A stretch of DNA of 64,000 nt from positions 8,153 through 72,152 of the forward strand of contig URAV01000003.1 of NCBI GenBank assembly GCA_900545915.1, in the 5' to 3' direction. Source of the DNA: an uncultured Porphyromonadaceae bacterium. Its GTDB lineage: Bacteria > Bacteroidota > Bacteroidia > Bacteroidales > Coprobacteraceae. The notes beneath the pieces are model-generated. The model had not been told where the DNA came from, searched no databases, and saw nothing but the letters and a program-made list of their open reading frames with translations. The position numbers and the translations under genes are program-made. Positions 61,441-64,000 of this stretch are shown one piece after another (the first letter of the stretch is position 1; each line of letters starts with the position of its first letter).

Positions 61441-62913
61441 ATGAAAACAATAAAATATATCAAACTCCTGCTTTGTGTGACGGTATTGCCGTTGTTGTTG
61501 GCGAGTTGTGCAAATTTCTTGGATGTTAATCCGAAGGCGGAAGTGCTTGATAAAGATCTTTTTGAAACGGATGAAGGTGTTGAAGATGCTCTTTATGGAG
61601 TATATACGACTTATCGGTCTAATGAAATTTATGGGAAATATATATCCGTGCTTTATCCGGAGGCCATGTCTTTGAATTTTTCCGCAAAAGGCGGTGGTGG
61701 CTTAGATTACCTTGCTCATGCCGATTTTGAAAATGCATCTGGGCGTTCTTTATGTAATGCCACATGGAAAAAATCTTATCAAGCTATCGGTTATGTAAAT
61801 AATATAATACAGAATTTGGAGGCAATCAGTCCGACAAAGTTCAGATATTATAATTTGTATAAAGGAGAAGCTTTGGGACTGCGGGCAATGCTGCATTTTG
61901 ACTTGCTGAGACTCTTTGCCGTGGATTATAATGCTAATGACAGGGAAGCTTGGAATAAAGCTATACCTTATGTCACGCGTTACTCCTATGATATCACTCC
62001 ATTTTATACGGTAGGTGAGGTATATAATAAAGTGATAAAGGACTTGAAAGATGCTGAAGTTTGTCTGGAAGAAGACAACCATTTAGTTCAGGCAGAACGG
62101 ACTAATGTCGGCAGTTCTTTTACCGATTGTCGGATTATTCACATGAATCTTTATGCCGTTCAGGCATTGTTGGCGAGGGTATATTGGATGAAACAGGATA
62201 TGGATAGTGCAGCTATTTATGCCAAGAAAGTAATTGACAGTCAAAAATTTCCGTTGATGACATCTTCTGATTTTGTTCAATTCGAGAGAGGAGTGTTGAA
62301 TATGAAAGAGACGATTTTCGGACTTTATGCACCTACTTATGCTTCAAATTGTTATTCGATATTCGGAAAAACAGGTAGTACGGATATGTTAACGTTAAAT
62401 CCTGATTATGAAAATTGGTATAGTGATACACAAGGACCTACACCGGAAGGCTCTGATTTACGTTTGTCTGCATGGTTCGGTTCTACACTTGAGGTAAGCC
62501 CGGCTTGTGTGAAAATGATCAATTCGATGTTTGATAGCGGTTCTACCGATTCACAATATTCAGGAGATTCATATCTTGGAGTAAGTTTGATTCGAGTTCC
62601 GGAGATGTATTATATCATGGCAGAGGCGTTGCTTGAAAAAGATCCTCAGCAAGCGACGGCTTATTTTGATAAAGTAATCGAATCGCGAGGCATGGTCAAA
62701 TTTGCCGATCGTGTCGAGGGTGGAATTACAGCAGACGATATTTATATTGAACGGCGGAAAGAATTTTATGGAGAAGGACAGCAATGGTTCAATATGAAGC
62801 GTTTGAAGAAAGATATTCAGATCAGCGAGTCGAATATTCTGGACGGTCGTTTAGATAAAAACTATAAAATGTTGATCCCGAATGATGAGGATTTGCGTGA
62901 TAATTATGAGTAA
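61441..62913 (+). CDS. SusD/RagB-family lipoprotein
   Basis: Lipoprotein signal (LLLASCANF), SusD-like helical protein; 490 aa. Confidence 0.85.
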   Translation: MKTIKYIKLLLCVTVLPLLLASCANFLDVNPKAEVLDKDLFETDEGVEDALYGVYTTYRSNEIYGKYISVLYPEAMSLNFSAKGGGGLDYLAHADFENASGRSLCNATWKKSYQAIGYVNNIIQNLEAISPTKFRYYNLYKGEALGLRAMLHFDLLRLFAVDYNANDREAWNKAIPYVTRYSYDITPFYTVGEVYNKVIKDLKDAEVCLEEDNHLVQAERTNVGSSFTDCRIIHMNLYAVQALLARVYWMKQDMDSAAIYAKKVIDSQKFPLMTSSDFVQFERGVLNMKETIFGLYAPTYASNCYSIFGKTGSTDMLTLNPDYENWYSDTQGPTPEGSDLRLSAWFGSTLEVSPACVKMINSMFDSGSTDSQYSGDSYLGVSLIRVPEMYYIMAEALLEKDPQQATAYFDKVIESRGMVKFADRVEGGITADDIYIERRKEFYGEGQQWFNMKRLKKDIQISESNILDGRLDKNYKMLIPNDEDLRDNYE

Positions 62914-62938
62914 ATTCATTATAATATTGAGTAAAGAT

Positions 62939-63817
62939 ATGGACAGAATAAAAAAACATGAAACAGGAATAGTCGGGAGCTTTTTGCTGTCGTTGCTTTT
63001 GCTGTTCAGCTCTTGTCAGAATACGGGTCTTATGTATGATGTTTCTCAGCCGGGTACTGTGTACTTTGTAAAAACAGCATCGGCCGATGCTCCGGTGTGT
63101 TCGTTTGTTTTTGAAGCTGAGGATGAGATAACCTATGAAGTCCCGGTAAAACTGATGGGGATGCCTTGCAATTATGACCGGGAATTTGTAGTGACATTAA
63201 AACAAGATACAATGACTACGATAAAGGCGGGAGGTGTCAGCTATCCTGTCGAAACAGCCGAATTGGGAAAAGATTTCGATATGGGAAATTTGATTATACC
63301 CGCAGATTCTATCATGGGAAAAATCGTATTTACATTGCATCGTATTCCGGAGATGCAAAATACCTATCGAAGTGTGTTGATGGAAATCGGTACGAATGAA
63401 AATTTTATACCGTTATACGGAGATTATTATCGGTTCTTTATATCCGATGGAGATGTGCCTCTTCCGACATGGTGGAACAACGGAGGTACAGGTACGGGAC
63501 TCATTGAAGGGTGGCAAATGTATGTCGGTAAGTTTTTCCCGGAGAAATTTAGGCTGATGCTTGAATATTATTGGGATATGGAAGAAACACAACCTGAATT
63601 TTATGAAGAAGCTGTAAGTAAGTATGGCAAATATCTGGATAAAGAGGGAATTACAGCCGGGTTTTATCAAAAAGACAATCCTGCTGTCTGGGCTAAGTAT
63701 GTTCTGATCCCGTTGTATGAGCATTACAAGGCGAACCCCATTCCGAATGATTGCCCTTTTGCCGAATCCGGCAATCAAGGCGAGTTTTGGCGTGATCCGG
63801 TTGCGTTGTATAGATGA
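62939..63817 (+). CDS. DUF4843-like lipoprotein (accessory protein of peptide-type SusC/SusD loci); start moved to the ATG at 62939
   Basis: MDRIKKHE...LLLFSSCQN lipobox. Typical position after SusD and before a PKD-like lipoprotein. The ORF-track start at 62882 overlaps SusD. Confidence 0.45.
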   Translation: MDRIKKHETGIVGSFLLSLLLLFSSCQNTGLMYDVSQPGTVYFVKTASADAPVCSFVFEAEDEITYEVPVKLMGMPCNYDREFVVTLKQDTMTTIKAGGVSYPVETAELGKDFDMGNLIIPADSIMGKIVFTLHRIPEMQNTYRSVLMEIGTNENFIPLYGDYYRFFISDGDVPLPTWWNNGGTGTGLIEGWQMYVGKFFPEKFRLMLEYYWDMEETQPEFYEEAVSKYGKYLDKEGITAGFYQKDNPAVWAKYVLIPLYEHYKANPIPNDCPFAESGNQGEFWRDPVALYR

Positions 63818-63845
63818 TATTATTTAATTGTAAAATATTTTTCTT

Positions 63846-64000
63846 ATGCGGAAAATTAATATATGTTTTTTGATACTGCTGTTGTTGACAGGATGTTACG
63901 GTGTGGAAGAGCAAGAACTGACTCCGTTGGCAGAATTGACAATCGGTAATCCTACCGATGTGATTAATGCCGATTTGGGGATCGAATTGGTTTTTGATGC
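63846..64000 (+). CDS. lipoprotein, partial (probable PKD-like/DUF-type partner of DUF4843); continues beyond the window
   Basis: Hand translation MRKINICFLILLLLTGCYGVEEQELTPLAELTIGNPTDVINADLGIELVFD; lipobox LTGC. Confidence 0.4.
   Translation, partial: MRKINICFLILLLLTGCYGVEEQELTPLAELTIGNPTDVINADLGIELVFD

Noticed and set aside
1-64000. CRISPR array search
   Set aside because: The only recurrent repeats are dispersed 100-190-bp MITE-like elements in separate intergenic regions. There is no tandem repeat-spacer organisation and no cas genes.

Overview
This is a 64 kb chromosomal segment from a low-GC (roughly 38-40%) member of Bacteroidales (Bacteroidota). Two secreted proteins carry type IX secretion (T9SS) C-terminal sorting domains, so the lineage is T9SS-positive (Porphyromonadaceae/Dysgonomonadaceae-like rather than gut Bacteroides proper). 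Gene content, left to right:

- An acyl-CoA carboxylase operon (carboxyltransferase, biotin carboxyl carrier protein, biotin carboxylase), an AI-2E family transporter, thymidine kinase and a PBP4-type D-Ala-D-Ala carboxypeptidase.
- A three-gene type V (Mfa/FimA-like) pilus operon whose fimbrillin carries a C-terminal GLUG-repeat domain. A candidate invertible promoter, flanked by a perfect 14-bp inverted repeat, lies upstream of it.
- A glycan-degradation block without SusC/SusD: alkaline phosphatase, two GH99-like paralogs and two large GH2 enzymes.
- A small island that at first sight is a type I restriction-modification system (HsdM/HsdS) lacking HsdR. I read it instead as a BcgI-like Type IIB system: an XRE helix-turn-helix controller, a fused PD-(D/E)xK nuclease plus N6-adenine methyltransferase A subunit, an S-like specificity subunit, and a Fic protein.
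- A membrane-anchored SARP-type regulator with a periplasmic Kelch-like beta-propeller, divergent from a GH3 gene.
- Two SusC/SusD loci. The first ends in a degenerate GH99-like lipoprotein. The second is peptide-type: zinc metalloprotease, SusC, SusD, DUF4843, PKD-like lipoprotein.
- Pyrophosphate-dependent phosphofructokinase, a NifU-like plus GGGtGRT gene pair, a T9SS beta-helix protein and a T9SS leucine-rich-repeat protein with an internal tandem duplication.

A MITE-like dispersed repeat of about 180 bp with imperfect terminal inverted repeats occurs as at least five full copies plus variants and fragments, always intergenic. I found no rRNA, tRNA or CRISPR array. The ORF finder used alternative start codons (GTG/TTG), so several listed starts are probably a little upstream of the true ATG.
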